Source of the DNA: Octopus bimaculoides
Lineage: Eukaryota
Direction of reading: 5' to 3'
Length of the DNA: 64,000 nt
Assembly: GCF_001194135.2 (NCBI RefSeq)
Contig: NC_068997.1
Coordinates: 29,092,505-29,156,504 of the forward strand
The notes below the pieces were generated by a model. That model was not told where the DNA came from. It searched no databases and saw nothing but the letters and a program-made list of their open reading frames with translations. The position numbers and the translations under genes were made by a program. Below are positions 26,649 through 39,678 of the stretch, one piece after another; the first letter of the stretch is position 1; the number at the start of each line of letters is the position of its first letter.

Positions 26649-27650
26649 ATCCACACATAACAGGGCGTATTCAATGTAGGTGAGTATATTTACAATGTGT
26701 GTACAAATGCTCTTTTTAACCATCTTTTTACACACATACTCTCACTGCTAATCTTAATCTTTTAAAGACATATTTGCATCATCTGCTGACTGTTCATTTT
26801 GTTTTCCCATGGCTGATTCCCATAAAGCTTAGGAGAAATCTTGTCTTCTGTGGATTATCCGAAGCATTGGCTGTATAGCTTTGCTAAAAATACTACTCTT
26901 ATTTTGAGATCTGGATTTTGTGGGAAGTATAACAAATGTATATAAGCATGTTGGAAAGAAATACATTAACAATTTAGATTAGGCCCTTTGTTAGAAATTA
27001 TACGCTATGAATAATCAGAAAATTTATAATGCTATTGAAATTGACTGCTTATCAAGTTAATTATTGTTTTTAACATTGAAACGACATGGGAAATTTGAAT
27101 GATGATTATTTTCCAACATTTTGTTTTTCCTCTTGTTTTCTCATTGTGTCTCTTAGTTGACAAGTAAAGTGAAGTTAGCCAAGTTTAATTTCAAATGTAT
27201 GATTTAGTATTACAGTAATTTGTTGTGCATTGATGGATTCTTTCAATGTTGGTATTTGAAAAAATGTGTTAATATGTATTATAGGATCTTGTATACGAAT
27301 AAATAAAATGTTTTGAGTGTTACGACCACTTGGTAGACTAATTTCTTGATGTACAATTTTCTTTTCATTGCTGTTTTCTCTTTCATAGAAAATAACTTGC
27401 CTTGGGGTTAATCTCCCTTTCCACCGGTCGACTGTTTATATGATTATTTTTTTCTTTTTCTTTTTTCACATCATTAAACTTTTTATGTTAGTGTATGTGT
27501 GTGAAATTTCATGTGGAGATGATGTCATGATGAGGTGGCTTAAATAATTGTAGGATATGTTGTTGCATATCTATCACTTTAGTTCACTTGTCCTACTTTA
27601 CAACTAACGAAGGTTTTCTACATTAGCAACACATTTGCAATCATCGTTCC

Positions 27651-27941
27651 ACAGGCGTGGCTGTTTGGTAAGAAGTTTGCTTCCTAAACACATAACCTTG
27701 GGCCAACCAAAGCCTTGTGAGTGGATTTAGTAGACGGAAACTGTGAAAAACCAGTTGCTTGACAACCGGTGTTGGTATGTTTACATCCCTGAACTTAGCA
27801 GTTTGGCAAAACAGACCGATAGAATATGTACTGGGCTTAAAAGAATAAGTAACGGGGTTGATTTGTTTGGTTAAAATTCTTCAAGGCAGTGCCCCAGCAT
27901 GGCCACAGTCTAACGACTGAAACAAGACAAAGATAAAAAGA
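27651..27941 (+). mobile_element. SINE family B with internal deletions
   Basis: ACAGGCGTGGCTG...GACTGAAACAAGACAAAGATAAAAAGA. Confidence 0.82.
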
Positions 27942-28474
27942 TACTCAGCATTTGATCAGTATTAAGGTTTTACTTGTCTTGAATAAATCATTAGGTGTCG
28001 GTTTGTTTCCCCTTTTCATCCTGTAATTCTTTTTTTTTTAAATAAAATATTCACAAGATAGAAGCAGCATTAAAATTGGATATAAAGAAGTTGAATGTTT
28101 TCCATATATTTTTACTCCTTTCAAGCTCCTTTAATATTATATTTCTCTTTTATCTTACTGCTTGAAGGTGACAAGTGTATCGTATGGCAATGGTTATCAG
28201 CTTAGCTAGGTCAATTTCATAAGCTAAGTTGTATCACTCCACTGCTAGTGTACATCCTCCTCAGTTCACTGATTACAGTAGGTATTCCATCAACTAGAAA
28301 CTATGACTCACAGCTATTTGAAGTCTTGTTCAACTTTATCTTGACATGTTTGTAGTAGTTTGCCATATTTCTGTATCATCGCATAACAAAATAGTGGAAA
28401 TCTTGTTTCAGCAGCATTTTTAACAAAACAAGGTCTAAATATTTTAAATGAAAACAGACTCAAGTCTCCTTCTG

Positions 28475-28518
<44 letters not shown>

Positions 28519-29124
28519 GTGATTCTGCTATTTTTAATGTGAAAGATGGTTATCTCTGGCAATATTAAGGATGGATGAATTCATTTGATAATGGTAGTCA
28601 TTCCATTATTAAAGGTTTTTAAATTTTAATTCATTTGCAGTGGGAAATGCTTAAGTTCTCATCTAAACTTAGTCCTGGATGATCAGTTAGACCTTGGTAC
28701 TCCAGCAGTGACCATCTAGATTTTCTTTAGTCAGTATTTCTAGGATTACATTCATTATCCAATGTCTTCTTTTATGAAGATCATAGGGTATGATTTGTGG
28801 GTAATTTGGCTGCAGTTTCTAGCACATGGAGAAACCACTTCAGAGCTCTATTGTGCTTTGAATACAGACAGTCCTGTACCAGATGCTTTAATATAAGTAG
28901 ATACTTCCTAGCAAATGTCTCTCTCCTCTACAAAATTTGGCTCTAACGGAAAATAAAATACTTTATGGAAAAAATCTCATTTTTTGTCATTCCTTAACAT
29001 ATTTTAATCATTGTGTGAAAGATGAATTTGAATGAAATCCTAAGTTGAGAGCATTTGGTCATTTCCTTAGACCATCGTTGGATTTGATATATTCTCCCTA
29101 GTTTTCTGTATTAGTCTAGAACCT

Positions 29125-29314
29125 TCATCATCATCATCGTTTAACGTCCGCTTTCCATGCTAGCATGGGTTGGGCGATTTGACTGAGGACTGGTGCAACC
29201 GGATGGCTACACCAGGCTCCAATCTAATTTGGCAGAGTTTCTACAGCTGGATGCCCTTCCTAACGCCAACCACTCAGAGAGTGTAGTGGGTGCTTTTACG
29301 TGTCACCCGCTCGA
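29125..29314 (-). mobile_element. Family A 3' fragment, nearly identical to 37970-38156
   Basis: Reverse complement of the family A tail. Confidence 0.88.
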
Positions 29315-32300
29315 AAAAAATGTATAAATGCAGAATATGCTAATATTTAATGAGCATCATTGAAAATATGTTCAAAAATTTGTATATTTTCTTAAGTAAA
29401 CTGTAGATGTTTACTATGATAGAATATATCATTTGTATTTTTCAGAAGAAAAAAAAAGTAATTGAAGTTAGTTTTTAGAATGTAAATTGAAGGTTGAAAA
29501 TATGAGAAATGCCTCCCAACTTGTAGATGTGTGTTTTGAAAAACTGCTGCTGAAAAATCAAATACTTTTTCTGTAATGAAATTATATTATTTTAAATGTC
29601 TAGGACAAGTCATTAAAAAGCTTGCAATGTGTAGTAACTGTTGGGTAATTAGTCAGTTTACAGGATTTACATTTCATTGTAGCTTGTCAGTTGTAATTTT
29701 GAATGCATATGCATTTAATTTTAAACATATCCTAATGAACTTATTTTAATTAACATTGGAAGTAGTCGCAGTAAATGTTTAATAACCAGAGTACCGATCA
29801 AATGGAAGTCTAAGCAACTTATGTTGGCAATAAATGTTTTTGTCTCTGGCTAAAGAATAGGTGATGGTCTACAGCAGCTGGACAGGTGCAAACTGTGTAT
29901 GATCTGCTGGATGTGCTGCATAAATTTGCATAAAAGGCCGAGGTGAAGTGAGTCGAGTGTAGCTGGTTATTGAAGGTGTTCACTGATGTTTACAAGAGAG
30001 ATCAATGAGCTGATTCATCTCTCCTGCAAACGGATTTGATGTTGCTGAGTGAGGGGGGGAAACAAAAAAAAAACCCTATTCTGAACCTGTTAGTTACAGG
30101 GTGTGTACACCAAATAAAATCTAGAAGGAAGTGATGTTAAATTTGAGAATGTTGGTTTTCACCGAGTGGATGACACTGGGAATTCTTTTTAATTTCTTCC
30201 TCCTGTATCGCTTGGCAAATAAAGATATTAACCTAATATCTTCTAAATGCCTGTTGAATATTCTTCCTTTCTAAATAATTTTCTCTTTTTCTTTTAGTCG
30301 GGTTTTAGCTCTGACAAACTAGAGTGGTACAAGACTACTGTAGTTTAGTATTTATTCTGAATTTAGGTCAGATGAGATAATCATTTCAATTACTTCTTTA
30401 ATTACAACTTTACTGAATTAAATTGCAAATGTTTAATATAGTATATTGCCAGTTTTATAGTAATTTCTACTGAGTTAAATTAGGATCATAACTGACTGTA
30501 TGAAATATTAAGTGTTATTATTAAAACAAATATATATTATTTTTAGATACCATAATGTACATTTGAACTTTTGTCATTTACACATTCTGTAATTACTAGA
30601 CATGATAATTACTGTTTTTTTCTTTTTTTCTGTGTGACATATTTTAGACAAGTGTAGAAAGCAACCTCTCTGAATTTATTCTTCATGTAACTTGTCCTAC
30701 TTCCACCTGAATGTCACTAATCACTTGCACAGATTAGTTTAATCTCTCAGTCGTCAAAGAATTTTCAACATGCTGATCTTCCATGCAAGAATAGTGCTTA
30801 TCCATTTGGTCATATCTAATGTATTCACACCCACAGTACATAGTAAACATCACAAGCCAATAAAGAACCTTGGTATGTAGTTGCTCAATCTGAAAAATGA
30901 CAACCACATTTCCTTATATTACATTCTACTGTTTTAAAAATAGTTTTGTTTTTTTTTAAATATATATATAATGCCACAATTGGAAAGCCTTTCAGGCAGG
31001 AGTATATGAGTAGTTTAGCAGTAAGAGCCACCCAAAAATGAACCCCATAAACTATTCACTAAACTTCATTATTTTTTTAAGGCTCGGTCAGAGGAGTGAG
31101 GGCAACACCTGTGACCATTTTTAGGGTATCAGAGACTAGTTGGATAAAGGTAGCAAGTTATCATTAGATCAGAGATATAGCCTAAATTCTTACAACAGAG
31201 TAAACACTGCTAAAGATACTTAAAAGTATTGTGGTAGTGGTAAACTTGGCGATAGTCCACCACCCAAGACAAGAACACTCCCTCTGACAAGCTTCTGCAG
31301 TTTCTGTCCACCAAATTTCACCTACAGTTAATTGTTGTCTGTAATTCCAAGTTAGCTCTGATCCAGCAAGGTTATGACACTAACATAGCCTGCATCATCA
31401 TCATCATTATCGTCATCATACATCTGCTTTCCATGCTGGCATGGGTTCTTTTAGCCAATTATAATTGAGCAACTTAAATACCATGCTAGGCACTACTTCC
31501 ATTAACTCCAACTTCACAAACATCCTCTGATGAGAATATGACATCTTAGTCTTCTTAGCAACACCGAGACACTATCACTATTCTCTCTGCCTGAACATCA
31601 TACAATAAAATCCCTCTAATTTGGTAAAAATATAGATCTTCTAATTTCTGGTCATCACTTCTCTGTTTCCCTTACCATTACTGCAATAGTTTCTACTCCT
31701 GTAAATAAACAAGCTATGTACTCTCTCCTCGTAGGACCAATCTCTTTCTCTCTTTCTCTCTCCCTCTCTTTAATACTGTATTTACGAATAAAGCAGAAAA
31801 TATGAAATAGAAGTATTACAGAAGTCTATGAAATATTGTTTCAATTTTCAGCACATCCTGTTTCAATAACCACAGCTGTTTCTAGTCTTATGTGTGTATG
31901 CACATCCGCACATGTCCACCAGATTTTTTCTTTGTCTCTCAAATCCATTGTAAGGCTTTGGTCAAAGTGTTGCTCAGTGGGACTGATACTAAAACCATGT
32001 GGTTGGGAAGCAAATGTCTTAACCACGCAGCCATGCCTCCCATCCCACACAAACTGCCCTTCTGTCCTATCAACCAGCTCCCCACTCCTTTCCCTGGACC
32101 CACTCTATTGCATTCTCCTCCAGTCTTACATTTATCTCATCACTCACCTTTATCTTTGTTTGCTTCTGCTATTACCTGTTACTCCTTTACCAACTCCACT
32201 CCCAATTAATCCCCCCCCCTTTCCCCCCCTTCATACTTCCCATCGTACTCTTACCCCTTTCATCTTCTCNNNNNNNNNNNNNNNNNNNNNNNNNNNNNNN

Positions 32301-32884
32301 NNNNNNNNNNNNNNNNNNNNNNNNNNNNNNNNNNNNNNNNNNNNNNNNNNNNNNNNNNNNNNNTCACTTCCCCACCCCCTCTTATACACCCGAGGTTATT
32401 GAGAACTGTCTTACTACACTTCCACTCCATTCTGATGTTGTCCTTTCTCTTCTCCTCTTCCCCCTCTTTGATCTGCACCCCTTTCGGTCATTGAGTACCT
32501 TCATGCTGGTAGTATAAGAAAATGCACCCAATACACTGAAGGGCATCCAGACATTGGACATCCTCTGGCTTTAATGCTGCAACTCCAACTTGGACTTTTA
32601 CACTGGATTACCGCCAAGATTACTTTGGATGTTTTTTTTTTTTTTACTTACACAGAAACCCTCTTGTGTATTGTTCCCCATGTTTCAATCATTCAGTACC
32701 TTAAATCAATAACTAAAACAATTCCTAAATAATGATTTCTAACATAGGCATGTAGCTTCACAGCCATACACATCCTTTTGTATTATCAATACATAATGTT
32801 GTGCATTTCAATACACATCTTTTACTCCTATTTTCTCTCATGGAGATAGTTTCACAAATACACCCGCCTTCACTCACACAGTCT

Positions 32885-33065
<181 letters not shown>

Positions 33066-33782
33066 GCACAGTTAATATTTTTTTAACGTGATTATCTGAT
33101 TGAAATTTCGTATCTTGCATTCAAAAATGATGACATACATTAACTGTGAACCCTTCTGTTTCATATTAATTACTATGCAGCTGACAAACCTCTCCGTAAT
33201 TAACAATATCTGCTAAACACTTAAAACTCTTTACTCCAGTGTTTGAATTAGAGAATGTTTCGGTTGCTGTTAACATCTAAACAAACAGAAAACACTGACA
33301 GAAATATTAATGTTTAACAACACTGACATTTAAAACATTAGGTAAGAACTTGAAGACAAATTACCACCCACACGTATAGACTTGATATATTTTCAGCTTA
33401 AGACTATGCGTTAGTAATTGCACCCTGAAGTAGCCACCCTGGCTAAGCTTACAAACTGCTGTATGCATTTCCTTGCCTCATTTCAGAAAATATGTTTTAG
33501 TAGCTTAGGGTATTGTAACTATGTTTCCCTTGGTATTTTCTAGCACTAATTGATATGTTGGTTATACTATTTAAAGTATTTCATAATAAGTATAACCAAC
33601 ATATTAATTAGTGCTAGGAAATATTTCCATAGCCTAGAAAGTGATTTAGTCCCACTTATGCACTTCAGCTGTCACTAGTTTGTCTTTCAGGATTTTATTG
33701 GACAGCATTATCTAGTCTACCTCTACCTTAAATATGATGCTTAAGATATGATTTGATGAAGATCTTGCTGTATTCTTCTTTT

Positions 33783-34238
33783 TTTATTCTTTTTACTGGT
33801 TTCAGTCATTTGACCCTAGGACTTAATCTTTGTAAGCCTAGTACTTATTCTTTTGGGGTCTTTTGCCAAACTGCTAAGTTACCAGGATGTAAACACACCA
33901 GCATCGGTTGTCAAGTGATGGTAGGGAGACACATACACACACACAGAAATATNNNNNNNNNNNNNNNNNNNNNNNNNNNNNNNNNNNNNNNNNNNNNNNN
34001 NNNNNNNNNNNNNNNNNNNNNNNNNNNNNNNNNNNNNNNNNNNNNNNNNNNNNNNNNNNNNNNNNNNNNNNNNNNNNNNNNNNNNNNNNNNNNNNNNNNN
34101 NNNNNNNNNNNNNNNNNNNNNNNNNNNNNNNNNNNNNNNNNNNNNNNNNNNNNNNNNNNNNNNNNNNNNNNNNNNNNNNNNNNNNNNNNNNNNNNNNNNN
34201 TGGGAAGTAGGCTTCTTAGCACACACCCACGCCTGTGC
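33783..34238 (-). mobile_element. SINE family B spanning gap 33953-34200
   Basis: Tail before the gap and head end after it. Confidence 0.72.
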
Positions 34239-34689
34239 CTGTTGTTTTTTTAATTTTTATTAGTAGGTTAAGCGAGTATGTAAGGCTTGTTTGTTAACTT
34301 GTATCTGAAAAGTAGTAATAGCCAGAAATTAAGGAGTTGGAATATTGTGATATGTTGACAAATCAATGGTCCTTTGGGGCATCTGTCAGGTAACAAGTGT
34401 TGCACCTATGTCAGTAGTCTTCAATTAAAGAGTTATTGACTACTATATTATTTCAAGTCGTGTGTGTGTGTGTGTGTGTGTGTAGCCAGGATTAAAGCTA
34501 ACAAATTTCTCCAGTTTCTATTTTGTTAGTTTTACCATTTACTTGTAACTGTTATCGACAAAGACACTAGATACATAACATTATAACCCTTAAAACTTCT
34601 GGAATTATATGGCTTTTTGCTTTACCTTATTTTATAAGGTACTTACCTTCTCTTACAATGGCTGTGGTAAAAGTATCTGGGTCCTGTCG

Positions 34690-34955
34690 AGTCTAGGACA
34701 ATAACCCCGCCCCCAAGGACAATTACCCCTGAGGACAACAGATGATGATTTAAAACTTAATATTTTAGAGAAGGGGTAATTAACCAAGCGGGGTGTAATT
34801 TTCCTAGGAGGTANNNNNNNNNNNNNNNNNNNNNNNNNNNNNNNNNNNNNNNNNNNNNNNNNNNNNNNNNNNNNNNNNNNNNNNNNNNNNNNNNNNNNNN
34901 NNNNNNNNNNNNNNNNNNNNNNNGGTAGTTGTCCTCGGTGGGTAATTATACTGAT
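34690..34955. repeat. Element with repeated AGGACAA(T)TACCCC / GGGGTAATT motifs in inverted arrangement, spanning gap 34814-34923
   Basis: AGGACAATAACCCC, AGGACAATTACCCC, GAGGACAAC on the left; GGGGTAATT, GTTGTCCTC, GGGTAATT on the right. Confidence 0.5.
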
Positions 34956-35958
34956 ACAGTCCTGTGCACATTGGTTCCTGTGCTTATATTTATAATTGAG
35001 GAAAATGATTTGACATTCACTGTAGCAAAATAAATATCAGTCTCCGTAGTGTTCCCCAGTCGCCTGATTGTAACTGGATTTCATCTTGCGTCACAAGCTG
35101 CAGCTTTTATTGTCTGTCGGCTCGAATTGGTTGGATCGAAGCCAGTCGTTTGACATCTACTCATGCAAGCAAATGTACTTCACAGATGGTCTGAGACCTT
35201 TAAACAAGAAGAGATGAACTTTCTTTTGCACACAACAAATATCTGTAATCAATTCTCAACAAGTTTATGAATTCTGCAGTTTTTTCAGTTGATAGTGCCA
35301 GCTAGAAATCACATATCAAGTCTTTTTTTATTTTTATTTTTTTTTTATATAAATATAACTAACAAAGACGACTTCCCCAAGAGTAAATCATCATGCTCAC
35401 CATCATCATTTTATGTCTGCTTTCCATGCTAGCATGGGTTGGACAGGTCATCAGCGTTTGCATTTGGAGTTACTACCCTCCACATGTACATTGCTAACTG
35501 CATCAATGCATTTTCCCCTGTTGTTGATAGCCAATACTTATAAGAATGCTAGTGTTTCTGCATCCAACCCAAGCTAACAGGGGAAAAGGGTTAATGTATG
35601 TTTATATTATAAAGGATGCTTGGCAAATGGCAGTCATCATGTCCTACCTCAATAACCTCTGTTGCATAAAGTTTCTTCATGAAGAAATCTATAAATAACT
35701 CTCAACTAGATTTCTTAGGCCTTAACACTCACATTTTTTTCTGAAGGTAAAATATATTCAGCACTAAAAGACCTTGTATTATTGTGATTTAATCACTCAT
35801 TGCTGTTTTCCATATGTTAAGTGAATGAGTAAAAAGACACACACACACCCACACATCAAATAACTTTAGTCAGGGTAATGAAATAGTCTACAACATTCAC
35901 TAAATTTTCCAAATTTAATCCAGTGTGTATGTAAGATTATATATATATATATATATAT

Positions 35959-36070
35959 AACATACAGCTCATACTTTCATCAGATTAAAATATTTATTAC
36001 ACACACACACACGTGTGTGTGTGTGTGTATAATAAATATTTTAATCTGATGAAAGTATGAGCTGTATGTT
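35959..36070. repeat. Near-perfect 112-bp palindrome: 41-bp perfect arms around (CA)n/(GT)n
   Basis: AACATACAGCTCATACTTTCATCAGATTAAAATATTTATTA (35959-35999) and its exact reverse complement (36030-36070). Confidence 0.92.
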
Positions 36071-37151
36071 TTCTCATTATCTCATCTCATTGAGCTCTAC
36101 AACTCAGCAGTTTCTTTACAGATAGGCCAAAATGTAAACCATTTGTTATACTGAAGTATATTTACGAATATAAAATAACCTTGTTTGTGGATTGAAATCT
36201 GAACACTATGCAAGTTCTGTGTAGCACTGTGTGTACCAAACTAATTAGTTTCGGTGTTTTAAGAGTTCATGCTGGAGTTTGTTTAATCCACTGTAATGTT
36301 ACCAACAATTGGTATATAACTATCGGAGAAAATGCATTTTAATTCACAGATGCAGCTAATTTATGTATTTCTGTTAGTTTGATAATTAAGAAATTTGCAT
36401 AACCAGCCCACTCAAAAGTACCTTGGATAGTAAGGCGACATGCCATGCTTGAGGAGGCCTATTGAGTCAAGTACATCAAAATCAAATGGAAATTGTAGTT
36501 GTGATCCTTGTACATAAGGCTTTGGTTGGCCCAGGGCTATAGTAGAGATGCAGCAGGACTGAACCTGGAACCACATGACTAGAAAATTAATTTCTCAACC
36601 ACCTAACCATACTCCATACTTGCACTATGCTGCATTTATTTCCATTATTTCAGATTTTGTGTGGAAGGTGGTGGTGAGCTGGCCAAACTGTCAGTGTCAT
36701 CATCCTCATCATCATTTAATGTCCGTTTTCCATCCTGGCATGGGTTGGACAAAATGTTTAGCTTTCTATCTGTCTGTTTCTCTTTATGTTCTGCATTCAG
36801 ATTCTTTTGAGATCGACTTTACTTTTCATCCTTATGAGTTTGATAAAATAGTACCTGTGAAGTACTGGGGTCTATGTAATTAACCCCCCCCCCCTCAAAA
36901 TCTGCTGGCTTTGTACCAAAATTTGAAACCATTATTTATAGTTAGTATAAAATGTTTCATTCCTAATTCCTTGCATTTATTTCATTATTTTGCTTTGGCA
37001 AATAACTCCAGTACTATTTTAGTAGAAACTTATAGAAAATTAGTGATACATTTAAAGTTTGTAAATAATATGAAATAATTTCAATAAATTAACATTGATA
37101 AGCTATTCTAATTGACTTGTTTATTTAAAATGTAACCATGTTATTTTATAG

Positions 37152-37188
37152 ATTTCCTTGAATGGTCTTGAAGTGCTGTGTTTGATGG
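37152..37188 (+). CDS. CLASP: CLASP coding exon 2, partial (ISLNGLEVLCLM...), truncated by N-gap 37189-37826
   Basis: Acceptor ttattttatag| then an in-frame match to CLASP V(S/V)L.G(L/M)(D/E)IL; the rest of the exon and its donor lie in the gap. Confidence 0.88.
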
Positions 37189-37826
37189 NNNNNNNNNNNN
37201 NNNNNNNNNNNNNNNNNNNNNNNNNNNNNNNNNNNNNNNNNNNNNNNNNNNNNNNNNNNNNNNNNNNNNNNNNNNNNNNNNNNNNNNNNNNNNNNNNNNN
37301 NNNNNNNNNNNNNNNNNNNNNNNNNNNNNNNNNNNNNNNNNNNNNNNNNNNNNNNNNNNNNNNNNNNNNNNNNNNNNNNNNNNNNNNNNNNNNNNNNNNN
37401 NNNNNNNNNNNNNNNNNNNNNNNNNNNNNNNNNNNNNNNNNNNNNNNNNNNNNNNNNNNNNNNNNNNNNNNNNNNNNNNNNNNNNNNNNNNNNNNNNNNN
37501 NNNNNNNNNNNNNNNNNNNNNNNNNNNNNNNNNNNNNNNNNNNNNNNNNNNNNNNNNNNNNNNNNNNNNNNNNNNNNNNNNNNNNNNNNNNNNNNNNNNN
37601 NNNNNNNNNNNNNNNNNNNNNNNNNNNNNNNNNNNNNNNNNNNNNNNNNNNNNNNNNNNNNNNNNNNNNNNNNNNNNNNNNNNNNNNNNNNNNNNNNNNN
37701 NNNNNNNNNNNNNNNNNNNNNNNNNNNNNNNNNNNNNNNNNNNNNNNNNNNNNNNNNNNNNNNNNNNNNNNNNNNNNNNNNNNNNNNNNNNNNNNNNNNN
37801 NNNNNNNNNNNNNNNNNNNNNNNNNN
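37189..37826. other. Assembly gap that truncates CLASP exon 2. Other gaps: 2810-2819, 10668-10883, 21154-21339, 25642-25723, 32270-32363, 33953-34200, 34814-34923, 41151-41160, 52625-52792, 54985-55356, 56678-56962
   Basis: N runs. Confidence 0.99.
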
Positions 37827-38156
37827 ATGTACCATCTTGAGTGTGACTGTTGCCAGTACCACCTGACTGGCCTTGTAGGGTTTTTGAGCGAGATCGTTGC
37901 CAGTGCCCCTGGACTGGCTCTTGTGCGAGTGGCACATAAAAGACACCATTTCGAGCGTGGCCGTTTTCGTGCGGGTGACACATAAAAGCACCCACTACAC
38001 TCTCTGAGTGGTTGGCGTTAGGAAGGGCATCCAGCTGTAGAAACTCTGCCAAATTAGATTGGAGCCTGGTGTTGCCATCCGGTTTCACCAGTCCTCAGTC
38101 AAATTGTCCAACCCATGCTAGCATGGAAAGCGGACGTTAAACGATGATGATGATGA
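37827..38156 (+). mobile_element. RTE-tailed element (family A), young-looking, CpG-retaining
   Basis: GGAAGGGCATCCAGCTGTAGAAAC...CCCATGCTAGCATGGAAAGCGGACGTTAAACGATGATGATG. Confidence 0.88.
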
Positions 38157-38157
38157 A

Positions 38158-38482
38158 CCACATGGTTTTGGGTTCAGTTCCACTGCACGGCATCTTGGGT
38201 AAGTGTCTTATACTATAGCCCTGGACTGACCAAAGCATTGTAAAAAGATTGGGTTGATGTAAAACTGAAGAAAGCCTCTGTGCGTGTGTGTGTGTGTGTG
38301 ATAATGTCCCTCACCATTGCTTGACAGCCAGCGATTGTTCATGTCCCTGGTTTATAAAAAAGAGATCTGGCTTTGAATAAAAAAAGTACTGGAGTTCATT
38401 CTTTCTCCCCACCCTAATAAATTCTTCAGGGCAGTGCCCCAGCTTCGCCACAGTCAAACGACTAAAATAATAGATAAAAGAT
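38158..38482 (+). mobile_element. SINE family B copy
   Basis: Homology to 7050-7402. Confidence 0.8.
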
Positions 38483-39264
38483 AGGTAACATTGCTTGACC
38501 TTGAAATCTATTGGTATTCACACATTGGTTTTGCAACACTGGGATTTGGTCACTTGTTCAATATTTTGTACAGTTTTAGTGGATAATTTGAAAAAATTAT
38601 TAGAAAAAGAAAAGTCCAGTAAAAGGGAAAAAAAATTATTTGATTCTTTAGCATTCTGAATTACATTTAAACTATGATTTGGATATTACTTAATTGGTAA
38701 TTAAGTGAACCATTACATTTATTAAGCTAAATATGTTTCTTTATTTGATATGAGACAGAAAATATGAGATGCCCTTGATAATTAGTGAGTGTTAAATGTA
38801 CTGTCTTTATGACGGTAGTCAATTAGCACAATATATCACATTTTAATTAGTCGTTTTACTTTGAAATGTTTAGCTCTGTTGTATTCATAAAAATCATAGA
38901 AAGTAATTACACATATATAATTATGTAGTTTTTAAAAGTTGTCAGATAATTTGCAATGTTGTAGTTCTTTACATTTCTAAGATATTTGTTAATCATTCCT
39001 TTTAGCATATTTCAGTGTTTTACTTCCAGATTAGATTTGTTGTTTTAATTACTAACTTCAGCTATTTAAATTCTTTCACTTTATCTAACAGCTTGAAAAT
39101 ATAAAATATGTACTGTAGAATATGAAAATGAAAGGGGGGAAAAAAAAATCTCTGAAGTTCAATAGACATATGTGTCTTAAGTAAAGGTTAGGAATATCAG
39201 AATACAAATCTACATAAGTAAAGTTATAATATATTCAAACATCAAAATAAAATTTGGATACTCA

Positions 39265-39620
39265 TCATCATCATCATCATCATCATTTAATGACCATTGT
39301 CCATGCTGATATGGGTCTGATTTGGCATGGTTTTCTATGGCTGCAGGCCTTTCCTAATGCCAACCACTATGAGAGTGTAATCAATGCATTTACATGTCAC
39401 TGGTACGGGTGCAATTTGCATGACACTGGTATCTGCCATGACTGCAATTTTGCTTGGTTTGATGGGTCTTCCTCTCAAGGACAACATAATGCCAAAGGTC
39501 TTGGTTATTGCCTCCATGAGGCCCAACACTGGAAAGGATCTCAGCCACCTTATGTCCATGAGGCCCAACACTCGAAAGGAACTCGGCCGCTTTGCCTCCA
39601 TGAGGCTCATATTTTCCAGC
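39265..39620 (-). mobile_element. Family A-related element with ~43-bp tandem units (CCATGAGGCCCAACACT)
   Basis: (CAT)n tail at 39262-39286, family A body, three CCATGAGGC repeats at ~39512-39607. Confidence 0.65.
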
Positions 39621-39678
39621 AAACAAGTTGATGTTGTTTATAATGTAAGCATTCAAAGATGGCCACTATAATAAAGTA

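Noticed and set aside
37121-38088. Long ORFs (220-315 aa) in the ORF track, and similar ones at 10500, 21064, 33753, 52409, 54844 and 56632
   Set aside because: They consist mostly of X from N-gaps.
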